A stretch of 64,000 nucleotides of DNA from Waterburya sp. (GCA_965217895.1 CBDCJV010000002.1:1408001-1472000); one strand, 5' to 3'. Counted from the stretch's first letter, positions 21,707 through 32,844 are shown. The notes: generated by a model not told the origin, from the letters alone. Translations and numbers: made by a program.

Positions 21707-22372
21707 GTATGAAGTAGCTTGAAATTACTCAAAATTCCAACCATTGCTTAACTTGGGCAGTTGCTTTATTAATTCTAAGAATAGCGATCGCCCTATGACA
21801 AAATCCTAAAGCTACAAGTTATAATAATCAAGTATTGAAAAACAGCCTCTCTCCTCAGAAGCAAGGGACAATGAATATCTAAATCCAGCCATTAAGCATT
21901 GAATAACCTGCAAAACCTCATAGTCACTTCAAAGACAGCAGATTAGGTATAGGTGTCATTTTGGCAACCACCACAAAGTTTATTTGACTACGGTGATTTG
22001 CGCGATCGCGCAAATCTCAATAATGGCCGATCGACTAAGTAAACTTTATCTTTATGCCAATTATTAAAACAAACAAATGCTTAGGATGCTTGCTGTAAAG
22101 TTCGGTCATTACCTACGAACTATAGTAATTTCTGACACTACCGCAGTAGAGATATATCTTATCATTAATTAACAATTGGCATTATAATAAGCATCGTTGC
22201 CATCAGCAATTAGCTTGGCTGCGTAAACTTATTTTAGACGGTTGAAATCCAAACCTTAAGTAGTTAGATCTACAACAAACAATTACCTCATTCAAGAGCA
22301 TATAAACGATGATTACCCTTTGGGTAAACTACGCAAATGTGAGGTTCGTAATAAACAAGTATATAGACAAAA

Positions 22373-24457
22373 ATGAAAGACCTTACTCGATATCGGAACA
22401 TAGGCATCTTCGCTCACGTAGATGCTGGCAAAACAACAACCACTGAAAGAATCCTCAAGCTTACTGGTAAAACCCACAAAATCGGCGAGGTGCATGAAGG
22501 AGAAGCAACAACTGACTTCATGGATCAGGAAAAAGAACGTGGCATTACGATTCAGTCTGCTGCTACAAGTTGTTTTTGGAAAGATCACCAGCTAAACATA
22601 ATTGACACTCCTGGTCACGTTGACTTCACTATCGAGGTTTATCGTTCTCTCAAAGTTTTAGATGGCGGGATTGGTGTGTTCTGTGCTTCGGGTGGGGTCG
22701 AACCTCAGTCTGAAACTAACTGGCGTTATGCTAACGATTCAAAAGTAGCCAGAATTATTTACGTCAATAAACTAGATCGTACTGGTGGTGACTTTTATAG
22801 CGTAGTTAAGCAGGTAAAAGAAATCTTAGCTGCGACTCCTTTAGTAATGGTTTTACCTATTGGTATTGAAGGTAATTTTAAAGGAGTAGTCGATCTACTA
22901 ACTCGCAAAGCTTGGGTATGGGATGAATCTGGAGATCCAGATAAATATGAAATCCAAGATGTTCCTGCGGATATGGTTGACGATGTGGAAACCTATCGCG
23001 AACAGCTAGTCGAAATTGCCATTGAGCAAGATGATGAATTAATGGAGAAGTATTTAGAAGGGGAAGAAGTTTCGGTTGACGAACTCAAAGCCTGTATTCG
23101 TAAAGGAACTCGCGAATTAGCTTTCTTCCCTACTTACTGTGGTTCTTCTTTTAAAAACAAAGGAGTACAGTTAGTCTTGGATGCTGTGGTGGACTATCTA
23201 CCAAACCCCATGGAAGTTAAACCTCAACCAGAGGTTGACCTAGAAGGTAACGAAACAGGTGAATATGCGATTGTCGATCCCCAAGAGCCTTTGCGGGCTT
23301 TGGCATTCAAAATTATGGACGACCGTTATGGTGCGTTAACCTTTACTCGGATTTATTCTGGGACATTAAATAAAGGTGAATCTGTTTTAAATACGGCTAC
23401 AGGTAAAACTGAGCGTGTAGGTCGGATGGTAGAGATGCACGCAAACTCTCGCGAAGAAATTGATACTGCTCAAGCAGGAGATATTATTGCCATTGTCGGC
23501 TTGAAAAGTATCCAGACTGGACATACTCTGTGCGATCCTAAAGATCCTGCAACTTTAGAACCAATGGTTTTCCCCGACCCAGTAATCTCTATCTCTGTAA
23601 CTCCCAAAAACAAAGGTGCTTCTGAAAAGTTAGGAATGGCATTGGGTAAAATGGTTCAAGAAGATCCATCTTTCTATGTGGAAACTGACCAAGAAAGTGG
23701 TGAGGTGATCATCAAAGGTATGGGTGAACTTCACCTAGACATTAAGGTAGATATCCTCAAACGCACTCACGGTGTTGAAGTCGAAGTTGGTAAGCCTCAA
23801 GTTGCTTATCGCGAATCTATCACTAAAATCGTTCAAGATAGCTATACTCACAAGAAACAGTCTGGTGGTTCTGGTCAGTTTGGTAAAATTGACTATACTA
23901 TCGAGCCTGGCGAAACTGGTTCGGGCTTTGAGTTTGAATCTAAAGTTACTGGTGGTAACGTCCCCAGAGAATTTTGGCCAGCAGTCGAAAAAGGCTTTGC
24001 TAGCAGTATCGAAAAAGGTGTCTTGGCTGGATTCCCTTGTGTAGATTTAAAAATTACTCTCAATGATGGTTCTTTCCATCCTGTAGACTCTAGCGCGATC
24101 GCTTTTGAAATTGCAGCAAAATCTGGTTATCGTCAAACTTTACCCAAAGCGGGCCCCCAAATTCTTGAGCCTATTATGAACGTGGACGTATTTACTCCTG
24201 ATGACCACATGGGAGATGTGATTGGCGATCTTAACCGTCGTCGAGGCATGATTAAGTCACAAAATTCTACTCCTATGGGTGTTCGCATCAAAGCAGACGT
24301 ACCTTTGAGTGAAATGTTTGGCTACATTGGTGACTTGCGTACCATGACTTCTGGACGTGGACAATTCTCCATGGAATTCAATCATTACTCACCTTGTCCT
24401 AAGAATGTTGCCGAGGAAGTTATTGCTGAGGCGAAAGAACGCCAAGCTGCTAAGTAG
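22373..24457 (+). CDS. fusA: Elongation factor G (stand-alone paralog)
   Basis: [24 protein letters not shown]; no rpsL/rpsG/tuf neighbours. Confidence 0.96.
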   Translation: MKDLTRYRNIGIFAHVDAGKTTTTERILKLTGKTHKIGEVHEGEATTDFMDQEKERGITIQSAATSCFWKDHQLNIIDTPGHVDFTIEVYRSLKVLDGGIGVFCASGGVEPQSETNWRYANDSKVARIIYVNKLDRTGGDFYSVVKQVKEILAATPLVMVLPIGIEGNFKGVVDLLTRKAWVWDESGDPDKYEIQDVPADMVDDVETYREQLVEIAIEQDDELMEKYLEGEEVSVDELKACIRKGTRELAFFPTYCGSSFKNKGVQLVLDAVVDYLPNPMEVKPQPEVDLEGNETGEYAIVDPQEPLRALAFKIMDDRYGALTFTRIYSGTLNKGESVLNTATGKTERVGRMVEMHANSREEIDTAQAGDIIAIVGLKSIQTGHTLCDPKDPATLEPMVFPDPVISISVTPKNKGASEKLGMALGKMVQEDPSFYVETDQESGEVIIKGMGELHLDIKVDILKRTHGVEVEVGKPQVAYRESITKIVQDSYTHKKQSGGSGQFGKIDYTIEPGETGSGFEFESKVTGGNVPREFWPAVEKGFASSIEKGVLAGFPCVDLKITLNDGSFHPVDSSAIAFEIAAKSGYRQTLPKAGPQILEPIMNVDVFTPDDHMGDVIGDLNRRRGMIKSQNSTPMGVRIKADVPLSEMFGYIGDLRTMTSGRGQFSMEFNHYSPCPKNVAEEVIAEAKERQAAK

Positions 24458-24510
24458 TTTAAGCGTTGCTGATTTTAGGTAATGGCTACGAAATATTACT
24501 GTTGGCAGCC

Positions 24511-24557
24511 CTAATAGTTCGACAGTTCCTCCGTTGTAGGAACTGTCGAACTATTAG
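24511..24557. terminator. Perfect 20-bp-arm hairpin between convergent fusA and rplI
   Basis: CTAATAGTTCGACAGTTCCT-ccgttgt-AGGAACTGTCGAACTATTAG; no clear U-tract, so it may be repeat-derived. Confidence 0.5.
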
Positions 24558-24727
24558 CTATCAGCTTTTGAGTAACTGTTATTAACAGACATGGCAAACC
24601 TTACGCATTCACAAACATCAGGAGCTGCTCCTCAAGAAACTTAGCAAAAAAGCTGAGTTTCTCAGTCTTGAACTCGCCCCTAAATCAACACTTACTCCTG
24701 ACGTTTCTTAAAAGTTAGTAGCTAAAA

Positions 24728-25186
24728 CTATAAAGGTATGACTTGGAAATCTACTGTGGCACTAACTTCAGGATGTAGTTTAACTTCTGCTTGATAGTCG
24801 CCTGTAGAACTTACGTCTGGAACTTCAATACCACGGCGGTCTACCTCAATGCCAGCTTGTTCTTTAATAATGTCAGCTATCTCTTGACTAGTAACACTAC
24901 CAAAGATAGCGTTTTGTTCTCCAACTTGTTTACGAATAGTCAACTTACCAATAGTTTTAAAAGCAACTTTTTTGTTTTCTGCTGCTTGTTTTTCTGCTAG
25001 TTTCTGTTGTCTTTCTTTTTCTCTTCTAAATTCAACTTGCTTAACAATTCCTTTGGTAGCCAAGCTAGCCAAACCTTGAGGAATGAGATAATTTCGAGCG
25101 AAACCAGGAGCGACATCTACTAAGTCGCCATTACTGCCTAATTTGCTAACGCTTTGATTTAAAATTACGGATACGCGCTTTGCCAT
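24728..25186 (-). CDS. rplI: 50S ribosomal protein L9
   Basis: VDVAPGFARNYLIPQG; IFGSVT; VKLHPEV. Confidence 0.97.
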   Translation of the reverse strand: MAKRVSVILNQSVSKLGSNGDLVDVAPGFARNYLIPQGLASLATKGIVKQVEFRREKERQQKLAEKQAAENKKVAFKTIGKLTIRKQVGEQNAIFGSVTSQEIADIIKEQAGIEVDRRGIEVPDVSSTGDYQAEVKLHPEVSATVDFQVIPL

Positions 25187-25363
25187 TTCTTACTTAAATT
25201 CTCCTATATTCAGTTATGTTTTGCTGTGGCGATTTAATTGTTGCACCTGCTGAACTTTTTATTATATCAGTCAGGTCAGCAGATGGGAGTTAGATTTAAT
25301 AGTCAGCAGCTAATAATAATTGTTATAGTTCAAATCAACATTTTGTAGGCTACCAGAGAAGAA

Positions 25364-25798
25364 ATGGCGAATCTAAAAGGAGAATGTTTGTGTGGCAAAA
25401 TTTACTATGAGTATAATGGCGCAACAGGAAACTTAGTTCATTGTCATTGCTCTAAATGCCGTAAATGGCATGGTGCAGCATTTAGAAGCCGTATGGTAGT
25501 CAAGGAAAATGGCTATAAAATAATTCAAGGACAAGAATATTTGGCTCAATACCAGGCTACCTCCAACATAATAAAAACCTTCTGCAAAAACTGTGGTTCA
25601 AGCTTGGCAACGATTTATCCCTTGCGAGACAATTTACTGGGCTTACCCATTGCTGGCTGTGAAGGAGAATTTGACCAATATCAAGAGTTTCATATTTTTA
25701 CAGGCTCAAAAGCTAAATGGTGGAAGATTACTGATAGCTTTCCTCAATATGAAACTATACCTGATGATAAACAAATAATTCACTGCATCAACGATTAA
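25364..25798 (+). CDS. GFA (glutathione-dependent formaldehyde-activating/CENP-V) family protein
   Basis: GECLCG, CHCSKCRK, FCKNCGS. Confidence 0.9.
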   Translation: MANLKGECLCGKIYYEYNGATGNLVHCHCSKCRKWHGAAFRSRMVVKENGYKIIQGQEYLAQYQATSNIIKTFCKNCGSSLATIYPLRDNLLGLPIAGCEGEFDQYQEFHIFTGSKAKWWKITDSFPQYETIPDDKQIIHCIND

Positions 25799-25913
25799 AG
25801 TAATCTAAATTTGTTTTGTTTAAACTCTAAACTAGCATTCAGAAACCTTTTAGAAACTGCTGCAATTCTGCCGTTAAGGTATGGTGTGGAATTAAAGCGG
25901 AGAAAGTAAGTAA

Positions 25914-26351
25914 GTGCCTCAAGTCACAGATTACTCCGCCCTAAACGGACGGAGCCTGCTGTGACCGTTGGTCAAAATATATGGATTACGAGAAAATATA
26001 AAGCCTAAGCGTTTTGCTTTATCTGATGCAATTCAGGCTGGGTTAACTGAAGCCATCGGCACACCAGAAACAAAAAGATTTCAGCGATTTATCATTCTAG
26101 AACCAGAAAACTTTATCTTTCCCAGCGATCGCACCAATGACTATACAATTATAGAAATTAGTATGTTCGATGGGCGTTCGGTAGAAAGCAAAAAAAACTT
26201 AATTCGTCTTCTCTATCAAAAAATATCTCAAACTGTTGAAATTAATCCTCAGGATTTAGAAATTACTATTTTTGAAACTCCAAAAGCCAACTGGGGAATT
26301 CGGGGAATATCAGGAGATGAACTAAATCTAAATTACAAGATAGATGTTTAA
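25914..26351 (+). pseudogene. Tautomerase-superfamily protein, 5' end interrupted by a 48-bp insert
   Basis: Without the insert reads GTG-PQVKIYGL..; insert adds in-frame TGA at 25962; DGRSVESKK and ETPKANWGIRG motifs. Confidence 0.8.
25923..25974 (+). mobile_element. 48-bp GTCA-bounded mini-element, copy 1
   Basis: GTCA at 25923 and 25971; 1 mismatch to the inverted copy at 56124-56175. Confidence 0.9.
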
Positions 26352-26421
26352 ACACTAGAAATCTAATTAATGCTTAAGGTCAGGATCTCTGCCGTAAAAC
26401 AACGGGAATCCTGAGCTTTGG

Positions 26422-27195
26422 TCAAAATTGATCTTTCATGCCCCGAATACGACCAAATACTCTTGCTGGTTCTTTCATTTTGGCAGTAGTTTGTAAGGCT
26501 GCACTATCCCAACGTAAAAAAGGATTGGTTTGCTTTTCCACACCTAATAAGGATGGAACAGTAGCGATTCCTTGGCTACGAGCCTGTTGTACCTCTTGAT
26601 ATCTGCTGTGTAAATTTAAATTATCTCGATCTACGCTTAGAGCAAATTTTAAATTGTTAAGAGTATATTCATGAGCGCACCACACGCGAGTATTATCAGG
26701 AAGCTGGCGCAATTTACCAATCGAATCAACCATTTGAGCAGGAGTTCCTTCAAACAATCTGCCACATCCACCTGCAAAAATTGTATCACCACAGAACAAT
26801 TCTCCTGTTTGGTCTGGGGTTGCAGGCGGAAAGTAATAGGCAATATGACCAGAGGTATGACCAGGCACGAAAAATACCTGACCTATTCTATTAGCAAACT
26901 CTACAGTATCTCCCTCTTTTAGAAATACCTGCTGGTGGGGAATTCTACCTTTATCCTCAGCACCACCATAAACACAAAGATCGGGAAAATGCTTAATCAA
27001 TTTATTGTTGCCACCCACATGATCCCAATGATGATGGGTATTGAAAATAGTGATTAGTTGAGCATCAATGGTTGCTAAATAGTCCAATACAGGATCGGCT
27101 ACTGCGGGATCTACTACCGCAGCAGTTTTTTGCCAAGGATCGTACAAGACAAAGATATAGTTATCTGCTAAAGCAGGAATACGCTTGATTTCCAT
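26422..27195 (-). CDS. gloB: Hydroxyacylglutathione hydrolase (glyoxalase II)
   Basis: THHHWDHVGG, GHTSGH, CGDT, CAHEYT, TNPFLR. Confidence 0.95.
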   Translation of the reverse strand: MEIKRIPALADNYIFVLYDPWQKTAAVVDPAVADPVLDYLATIDAQLITIFNTHHHWDHVGGNNKLIKHFPDLCVYGGAEDKGRIPHQQVFLKEGDTVEFANRIGQVFFVPGHTSGHIAYYFPPATPDQTGELFCGDTIFAGGCGRLFEGTPAQMVDSIGKLRQLPDNTRVWCAHEYTLNNLKFALSVDRDNLNLHSRYQEVQQARSQGIATVPSLLGVEKQTNPFLRWDSAALQTTAKMKEPARVFGRIRGMKDQF

Positions 27196-27350
27196 GTTGA
27201 GAATGTTTTATGAGGATTAGACTCTCGACGTTTTGAGTAACTATATTTCATCATATTAGATAAATACTCGGTTATCTTAGTACAGATAATAATTCTGAGT
27301 TATAAGGTTTTGTTATTAATAATGAATAATGTGCAAAATTCAAATAAGTT

Positions 27351-29417
27351 ATGTTTAATAACTCAACTAATAAATTTTTGTTTGACCTGACTAAAAAAAA
27401 GCCTATCTATTTTTTTTCATCATTTTTTCTAAGTATAATTAGTGCTTTATTGAATATAATAGTAACTTTTTGCTTGATTCCTGTATTAATTATCATTTTA
27501 GACGGAGAACAGCAAAATATTAAAATTGAGCAATCAAATATACTTGACTATTTTTTTGCTTCATTTAATAAGTTAACAGGAGAATATAGACTAGAAATTA
27601 TTATTGCCTTGATGTTTGTAGTAATTGTTTTTAAAAATTGCGCCACATATTTAAATTCTCTAGTAAATATTAAACATATCAGGCATTTAGTCTATCAAAT
27701 GAAAAGCCAAGGCTATAGTTTGCTAGCTAGAGTTAATTTAAATTATTATCAAAATAATAAAACAGAAGATATATTACTTAAGTTAAATCGAGAGATAGAG
27801 AAAGCGGCGATCGCTATTAAAATCTGTCAAAATATATTAGCTATTTCAAGTATTATTATTATTCTGACTATTTTTCTTCTATTTATATCTTGGCAGTTAA
27901 CTTTTATCTGTATATTTGTTTTAGGGTTAATTGCTTTAATCAATCAATTTATTGTTACCACTGCTCAAAGATTGGCAACAATATTATCTCAAAAGTCTAA
28001 AACTTATAATCGCAAATCGGTAGAATTTTTAACAGGGATTCGCTCAATTAAAACTGTTGGCAATGAAACTAGAGAATATCAATCGATAACTCAACTAATT
28101 AAGGACAAAGATCAGGCGCAATTAAATACCCTGGCAGCCTCAGCAATAATCAGCCCTATAAATGAAATTTTAGGTATGATGATGATTGCAGCTTTACTAA
28201 TTGTAGTTCCCTACTTATATGGTCAGTCAATCCACAACCTAGCATTGACTTTTTTAACTTATTTAGTAGTTTTATGCAGATTGCTACCTTTTTTTGGTCA
28301 ACTAAACAATGCTCGTACTCAATTTTATAATAATATTGCCAGTGCAAAAACAGTTGCCAATTTCTTAAAAGAAACTGATAAGCCTATGCTTAAATCAGGA
28401 ACGATTAAGTTTGTAGAATTAAGTTCTGGTATGGAGTTTCAAAAGGTGACTTTTGCCTATCCTAATCATGCGCAAATAATTCTCGACAAAGTTGATTTGT
28501 GGATTCCTAAAGGGCAAACGATCGCTTTAGTTGGTTCTTCGGAAATAGGCAAATTAATAATTACCGAACTATTACCAAGATTTCATGAGCCAATAGATGG
28601 TCAAATTTTAATTGATGGTAAAAATATTGTCGAATATGATATTACAAGCTTGAGAAAAGCGATTGCCATAATTAATAGTAATACATTTTTGTTTAATGAT
28701 TCCCTAGCATATAATATTACCTACGGTTTGAAAGATATTAGCGAATCAGACATTATTAATGCTATTAAAAAAGCCAATCTTTATGAATTTGTTAGCCAAT
28801 TACCAGATGGCTTAAATACAAAAATTGGAGTAACCAGTGTCTTACTTACTGAAGGACAAAAACAAAGATTGGCTATAGCTAGAGCTATATTACATGATGC
28901 AAAAATTCTAATTCTTGATGAATCTAGTCTGGGGATAGATATTTTTGAAGATTTCTTAGTTCAAGATACAATTAAAGAGTTGTGTTGCGATCGCACAACT
29001 TTAATTATTGCTCAAAGGTTAACTACTATTCAACAAGCCGATCGAATAATTGTTTTAAATAAAGGTCGAGTAATTGAAGTTGGTACCCATGCAGAATTAC
29101 TTCGTCAGGGAGATTTTTATAATCGTTGGTATTCAATGCAGTTCAAAACCAATAATCAGTCTCGTCAACTAAAATTGGCTCAGAAAATTGCTCAAAAATT
29201 AGCTAGTCAAACTAAGAGTAATCTTTCTGCTGAAATTCGTCATAATTTTGATTCACTTCTAAGCTATATGCAGTTGTTTAACGAAGAAATTTTTCAAGAC
29301 GATTTAGAACAGGAAAAAATTCTGGATGAATCATATCAATCGGCTAAAGATATGTTGACTAACCTCAAAGAATATGAACGTAAAATTTCTCGTGACCCCG
29401 ATCATCCAAATTTATAA
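27351..29417 (+). CDS. ABC exporter (TMD+NBD) with degenerate motifs and a helical C-terminal extension
   Basis: About 6 TM; Walker A GSSEIGKL, signature LTEGQKQR, ILDES, IAQRL. Confidence 0.85.
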   Translation: MFNNSTNKFLFDLTKKKPIYFFSSFFLSIISALLNIIVTFCLIPVLIIILDGEQQNIKIEQSNILDYFFASFNKLTGEYRLEIIIALMFVVIVFKNCATYLNSLVNIKHIRHLVYQMKSQGYSLLARVNLNYYQNNKTEDILLKLNREIEKAAIAIKICQNILAISSIIIILTIFLLFISWQLTFICIFVLGLIALINQFIVTTAQRLATILSQKSKTYNRKSVEFLTGIRSIKTVGNETREYQSITQLIKDKDQAQLNTLAASAIISPINEILGMMMIAALLIVVPYLYGQSIHNLALTFLTYLVVLCRLLPFFGQLNNARTQFYNNIASAKTVANFLKETDKPMLKSGTIKFVELSSGMEFQKVTFAYPNHAQIILDKVDLWIPKGQTIALVGSSEIGKLIITELLPRFHEPIDGQILIDGKNIVEYDITSLRKAIAIINSNTFLFNDSLAYNITYGLKDISESDIINAIKKANLYEFVSQLPDGLNTKIGVTSVLLTEGQKQRLAIARAILHDAKILILDESSLGIDIFEDFLVQDTIKELCCDRTTLIIAQRLTTIQQADRIIVLNKGRVIEVGTHAELLRQGDFYNRWYSMQFKTNNQSRQLKLAQKIAQKLASQTKSNLSAEIRHNFDSLLSYMQLFNEEIFQDDLEQEKILDESYQSAKDMLTNLKEYERKISRDPDHPNL

Positions 29418-29421
29418 ATAG

Positions 29422-29913
29422 TTAATTGGTGATTTTTGCTAGTTTGTGCAAGGCACTATCGCTAACGCGACAAGTACGCCAGTCGGGTAATATTTTTGCT
29501 CCCATACTTTCATAAAAAGCGATCGCACTTTGATTCCAGTCTAAAACATTCCACTCCAGTCGCCCTGCATCTCTTTCTACCGCCAGCTTACCTAAATAAG
29601 ATAACATTGCCTTTGCCATTCCTCGACGACGATAATCTGGTAACACAAATAAGTCTTCAAGGTAAATGCCTGGTTTGGTTAAAAACGTCGAATAATTAGC
29701 GAAAAACAAAGCAAAGCCGACTATTTTATGTTCACACTCAGCTACAATAGCCTCAGCATTAACTCGACTACCAAATAAGTCCGACTGTAAATCTTTGGCT
29801 GTCCCCGTAACCTGATGAAGGAGTTGCTCATATTCTGCTAATGCTTGAATCAAGCTAAAAATATCTGATACATCGTCAGCAACAGCCTGACGGATTTTAA
29901 ATTCTGAAGTCAT
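29422..29913 (-). CDS. GNAT N-acetyltransferase
   Basis: YLEDLFV..RRRGMA; VLDWNQSAIAFY. Confidence 0.92.
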   Translation of the reverse strand: MTSEFKIRQAVADDVSDIFSLIQALAEYEQLLHQVTGTAKDLQSDLFGSRVNAEAIVAECEHKIVGFALFFANYSTFLTKPGIYLEDLFVLPDYRRRGMAKAMLSYLGKLAVERDAGRLEWNVLDWNQSAIAFYESMGAKILPDWRTCRVSDSALHKLAKITN

Positions 29914-29985
29914 GTTAAATAGTTAAGCAGAACAATATTGATAGTATTATTATCTAGCAAAGCTTAAAATCCTTATTACTTTAAA

Positions 29986-30420
29986 ATGATCACAATTGTT
30001 AAGCATAGAAGAACAGGAACTGAGTACATTTTATTGGGAATAAATGGGGAAGTTGATAAAGTTAATCCGTCTCGTTTTATCAGTGAACTGTTCGCCCAAG
30101 AAAAATCCAAATCTGAGGTATCCTGTTCAGCAACGGTTTGTGATGTTCAAGGAAATATTTTCTTGGCTTATATTGACGATTTGACTGTTGTGGAAATAGA
30201 CGGCAATAAGCCAGCAGAACTACTGCCAGAACCCACTTCTAAGTCAGTAGACAATGATGTATATCAACAGCAAACAGATGATTTTGATGATGAAGATTTA
30301 GAAGCAGAAAACATTGATAACCTTGAAAATACATCGACAGAAGCCCCCATATCTTCTACCTATAGCCAAAGTTCATCTCAACAAAGCGATCTTGATAATG
30401 ACGATGATGATTGGATCTAA
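29986..30420 (+). CDS. Hypothetical protein with acidic tail
   Basis: 144-aa ORF; IVKHRRTG..YILLG and VVEIDG. Confidence 0.7.
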   Translation: MITIVKHRRTGTEYILLGINGEVDKVNPSRFISELFAQEKSKSEVSCSATVCDVQGNIFLAYIDDLTVVEIDGNKPAELLPEPTSKSVDNDVYQQQTDDFDDEDLEAENIDNLENTSTEAPISSTYSQSSSQQSDLDNDDDDWI

Positions 30421-30440
30421 AGTTGGCTAGTAGCTTTTCG

Positions 30441-30653
30441 CTACAAAAGAATTTCGTTCATAAGTTGTTCGGGGGTAACTGGTTGACATTCACTCTTAAC
30501 AAATTCTTGTTCTGATTCGCGAACGTCACGAATCAAATCTGTTCTTTTTTGCTCTCTAAGACGATTTTGTAAAATACGAATTAACTCTTCTCGATCTTCA
30601 AAGGGAAGTTGTTCGACTGCTTCTAAAATATCTGCAAAGCTTATTTGTCTCAT
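30441..30653 (-). CDS. Small antitoxin-like protein, no adjacent toxin
   Basis: ILEAVEQLPFEDREEL..TPEQLMNEIL pattern resembles antitoxin-like small proteins. Confidence 0.5.
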   Translation of the reverse strand: MRQISFADILEAVEQLPFEDREELIRILQNRLREQKRTDLIRDVRESEQEFVKSECQPVTPEQLMNEILL

Positions 30654-30797
30654 GATGCTTATTTCTGTGATTTTTAATTAATTAAAGAACACTTGAAAAC
30701 AATCAATTTCATCAAACATGAGCGATCGCTCTAAAATTAGAGTTCTATCAATTCTGACGCTCTTAGCAATTTGTGGGTTTATTTATGCCCAATACCA

Positions 30798-31625
30798 CTA
30801 ACTGAGATTTAAAAATCTCTCTAACGCTTGAACCATTGTGGGAGGCCAGCGACGAATGTTTTTAATCCATTCTAGATCTTGATAGCGGTTATCCAGACCC
30901 ACTGCTGCAACCCAATTACTTTCGGCTTCTCCCTGCTGCCCTTCTACCCACAAAGCAGCAGCTAGGGCTGCACGCATATCAGAATACATCGGATACTTGC
31001 GAACTAAGTTACGCATATTGCGAATAGCTTCAGGGCGATCGCCTATTTGATACATAACAAGAGAAGCATTACCCCGCGCCATGGGAAAAGTAGGCGCAAG
31101 ATCGGCAGCTTCTTGATAATCTTCCAAGGCATTTTTCCACTTTTGTTGACCTGCTTCGGCATTTCCCCTATTATTTAACGCTACTGGATCTTGAGGACTA
31201 ATTTTTAGGACATGATTGTAATCAGCGATCGCTCGATCCCAAAGTCTTTTTCCTTCGTAGGCAATACCCCGATTGAGATAAGCATCAGGATATTCAGGGG
31301 CAATTTTAATAGAACGATCAAAGTCAGCGATCGCTTCAGTAAGCTTGTACTGACCGATGCGGACATTACCCCGATTACTCCACACAGCAGGGTTATCAGG
31401 AAATTTGTCAATTAATTCTGTCCAGTAAATTTCTGATAGAGCAAAATCCCCTTTCTCCGCAGCACGAATTGCTTTTTTGGCAATTTTCTCTCCCTGATTT
31501 ATTTGTTGAGCAGTAAAATTAGCACTCTGATTGCCTACAGCCACAGCAACCTTAGTAAAACCACTCCCAATCCAAAAAGAAAATATTAAAAATAAACTTA
31601 TTAACCAACGGCTCATTATAACCAC
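30798..31625 (-). CDS. Tetratricopeptide repeat protein
   Basis: Repeated NRG..A..D TPR units; signal-like N-terminus. Confidence 0.9.
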   Translation of the reverse strand: MVIMSRWLISLFLIFSFWIGSGFTKVAVAVGNQSANFTAQQINQGEKIAKKAIRAAEKGDFALSEIYWTELIDKFPDNPAVWSNRGNVRIGQYKLTEAIADFDRSIKIAPEYPDAYLNRGIAYEGKRLWDRAIADYNHVLKISPQDPVALNNRGNAEAGQQKWKNALEDYQEAADLAPTFPMARGNASLVMYQIGDRPEAIRNMRNLVRKYPMYSDMRAALAAALWVEGQQGEAESNWVAAVGLDNRYQDLEWIKNIRRWPPTMVQALERFLNLS

Positions 31626-31832
31626 ACTGTTTTAAGACTTTATACCTAAAGATAATGATACTGGGATCGTCAAGTAAAAGCGATCGAAAATTCTGCATCC
31701 AGAGAATTTTAAAAAGCAGATCTAATAATTAGAGCTTATGAATTAAGTTCAGTTTTCCTGAGATACATAAGATTTGTCTACAATTAGAATGTTTGCCAAT
31801 TTTAATTTTTAGCAACTTATTATTTATCTCTA

Positions 31833-32834
31833 ATGACTTTGATTCGTATCCCTCAATCGTGGGAAATATCAGAAAACCAAATTACGCCTCCCAGACTTTA
31901 TTACAATCGGCGTGGCTTTATTAAAACTCTTATTGGTGCAGGTATTGGTGCTAGCCTTTTGCCTTTAGCAGGATGCCAATCTAGTTTAGGTATAGGCAAG
32001 TCTGCATCTGAAGTTGCCCTCGAAAAAAGCCTCAATCAACCAGAAATAAAATCATTTACTAAGAATCCCGATTTTGCCAAAGTCGATCGACCAATAGCTG
32101 AACAAAAAGTTGCGGGACAATATAATAATTTCTACGAGTTTGGTGGTACAAAGAAGATTTGGCTAGACGCTCAAAAGCTGCCTACAGAAAACTGGAAAGT
32201 TGAGGTTGCAGGACTTGTTAAAAATCCTCGCACCTATGACATTGATGAGCTAAAACAAAAGTTTCCCCTAGAAGAGAGGGTATACAGATTTCGCTGTGTA
32301 GAGGCTTGGTCTATGGTTTTGCCTTGGATAGGATTTCCGATGAAAGCTTTATTGCAAGATGTTGAACCGACTTCAAAAGCCAAGTACGTGCGTTTTACAT
32401 CTTTTTATGATCCTGAGATAACTAAAGGACCAGGATTTCATCTTGGCTCTTTACCTTGGCCATATACAGAAGGTTTAAAAGTCGAAGAAATGGCAAATGA
32501 CCTTGCTTTTTTTGCCGTGGGTATTTATGGTCATGATTTGCCCAAGCAGCATGGCGCACCATTACGGATGGTTACTCCTTGGAAATATGGTTTTAAAGGT
32601 GCAAAATCCATAGTCAAAATTGAATTTGTGGAGGATCAGCCAGCTACTTACTGGAATACCCTCGATCCCAATGAGTATAAGTTTGAAGCCAATGTAAATC
32701 CTAGCGTGCCTCACCCTCGCTGGTCACAGGCGACAGAGAAATTTATTAGCACTGGTCCTGGTCTATCTTGGGAAATTAAGGAGACTCTTCCCTACAATGG
32801 TTACGGAGAATATGTAGGCAATTTGTATACTTAG
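31833..32834 (+). CDS. msrP: Protein-methionine-sulfoxide reductase catalytic subunit
   Basis: Tat RRGF, YNNFYEF, RFRCVEAWSM, PWKYGFK, HPRWSQATE. Confidence 0.95.
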   Translation: MTLIRIPQSWEISENQITPPRLYYNRRGFIKTLIGAGIGASLLPLAGCQSSLGIGKSASEVALEKSLNQPEIKSFTKNPDFAKVDRPIAEQKVAGQYNNFYEFGGTKKIWLDAQKLPTENWKVEVAGLVKNPRTYDIDELKQKFPLEERVYRFRCVEAWSMVLPWIGFPMKALLQDVEPTSKAKYVRFTSFYDPEITKGPGFHLGSLPWPYTEGLKVEEMANDLAFFAVGIYGHDLPKQHGAPLRMVTPWKYGFKGAKSIVKIEFVEDQPATYWNTLDPNEYKFEANVNPSVPHPRWSQATEKFISTGPGLSWEIKETLPYNGYGEYVGNLYT

Positions 32835-32844
32835 AAATTTTGTT

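Noticed and set aside
31833..32834. msrP without msrQ
   Set aside because: A partner could be elsewhere in the genome; not assessable from this window
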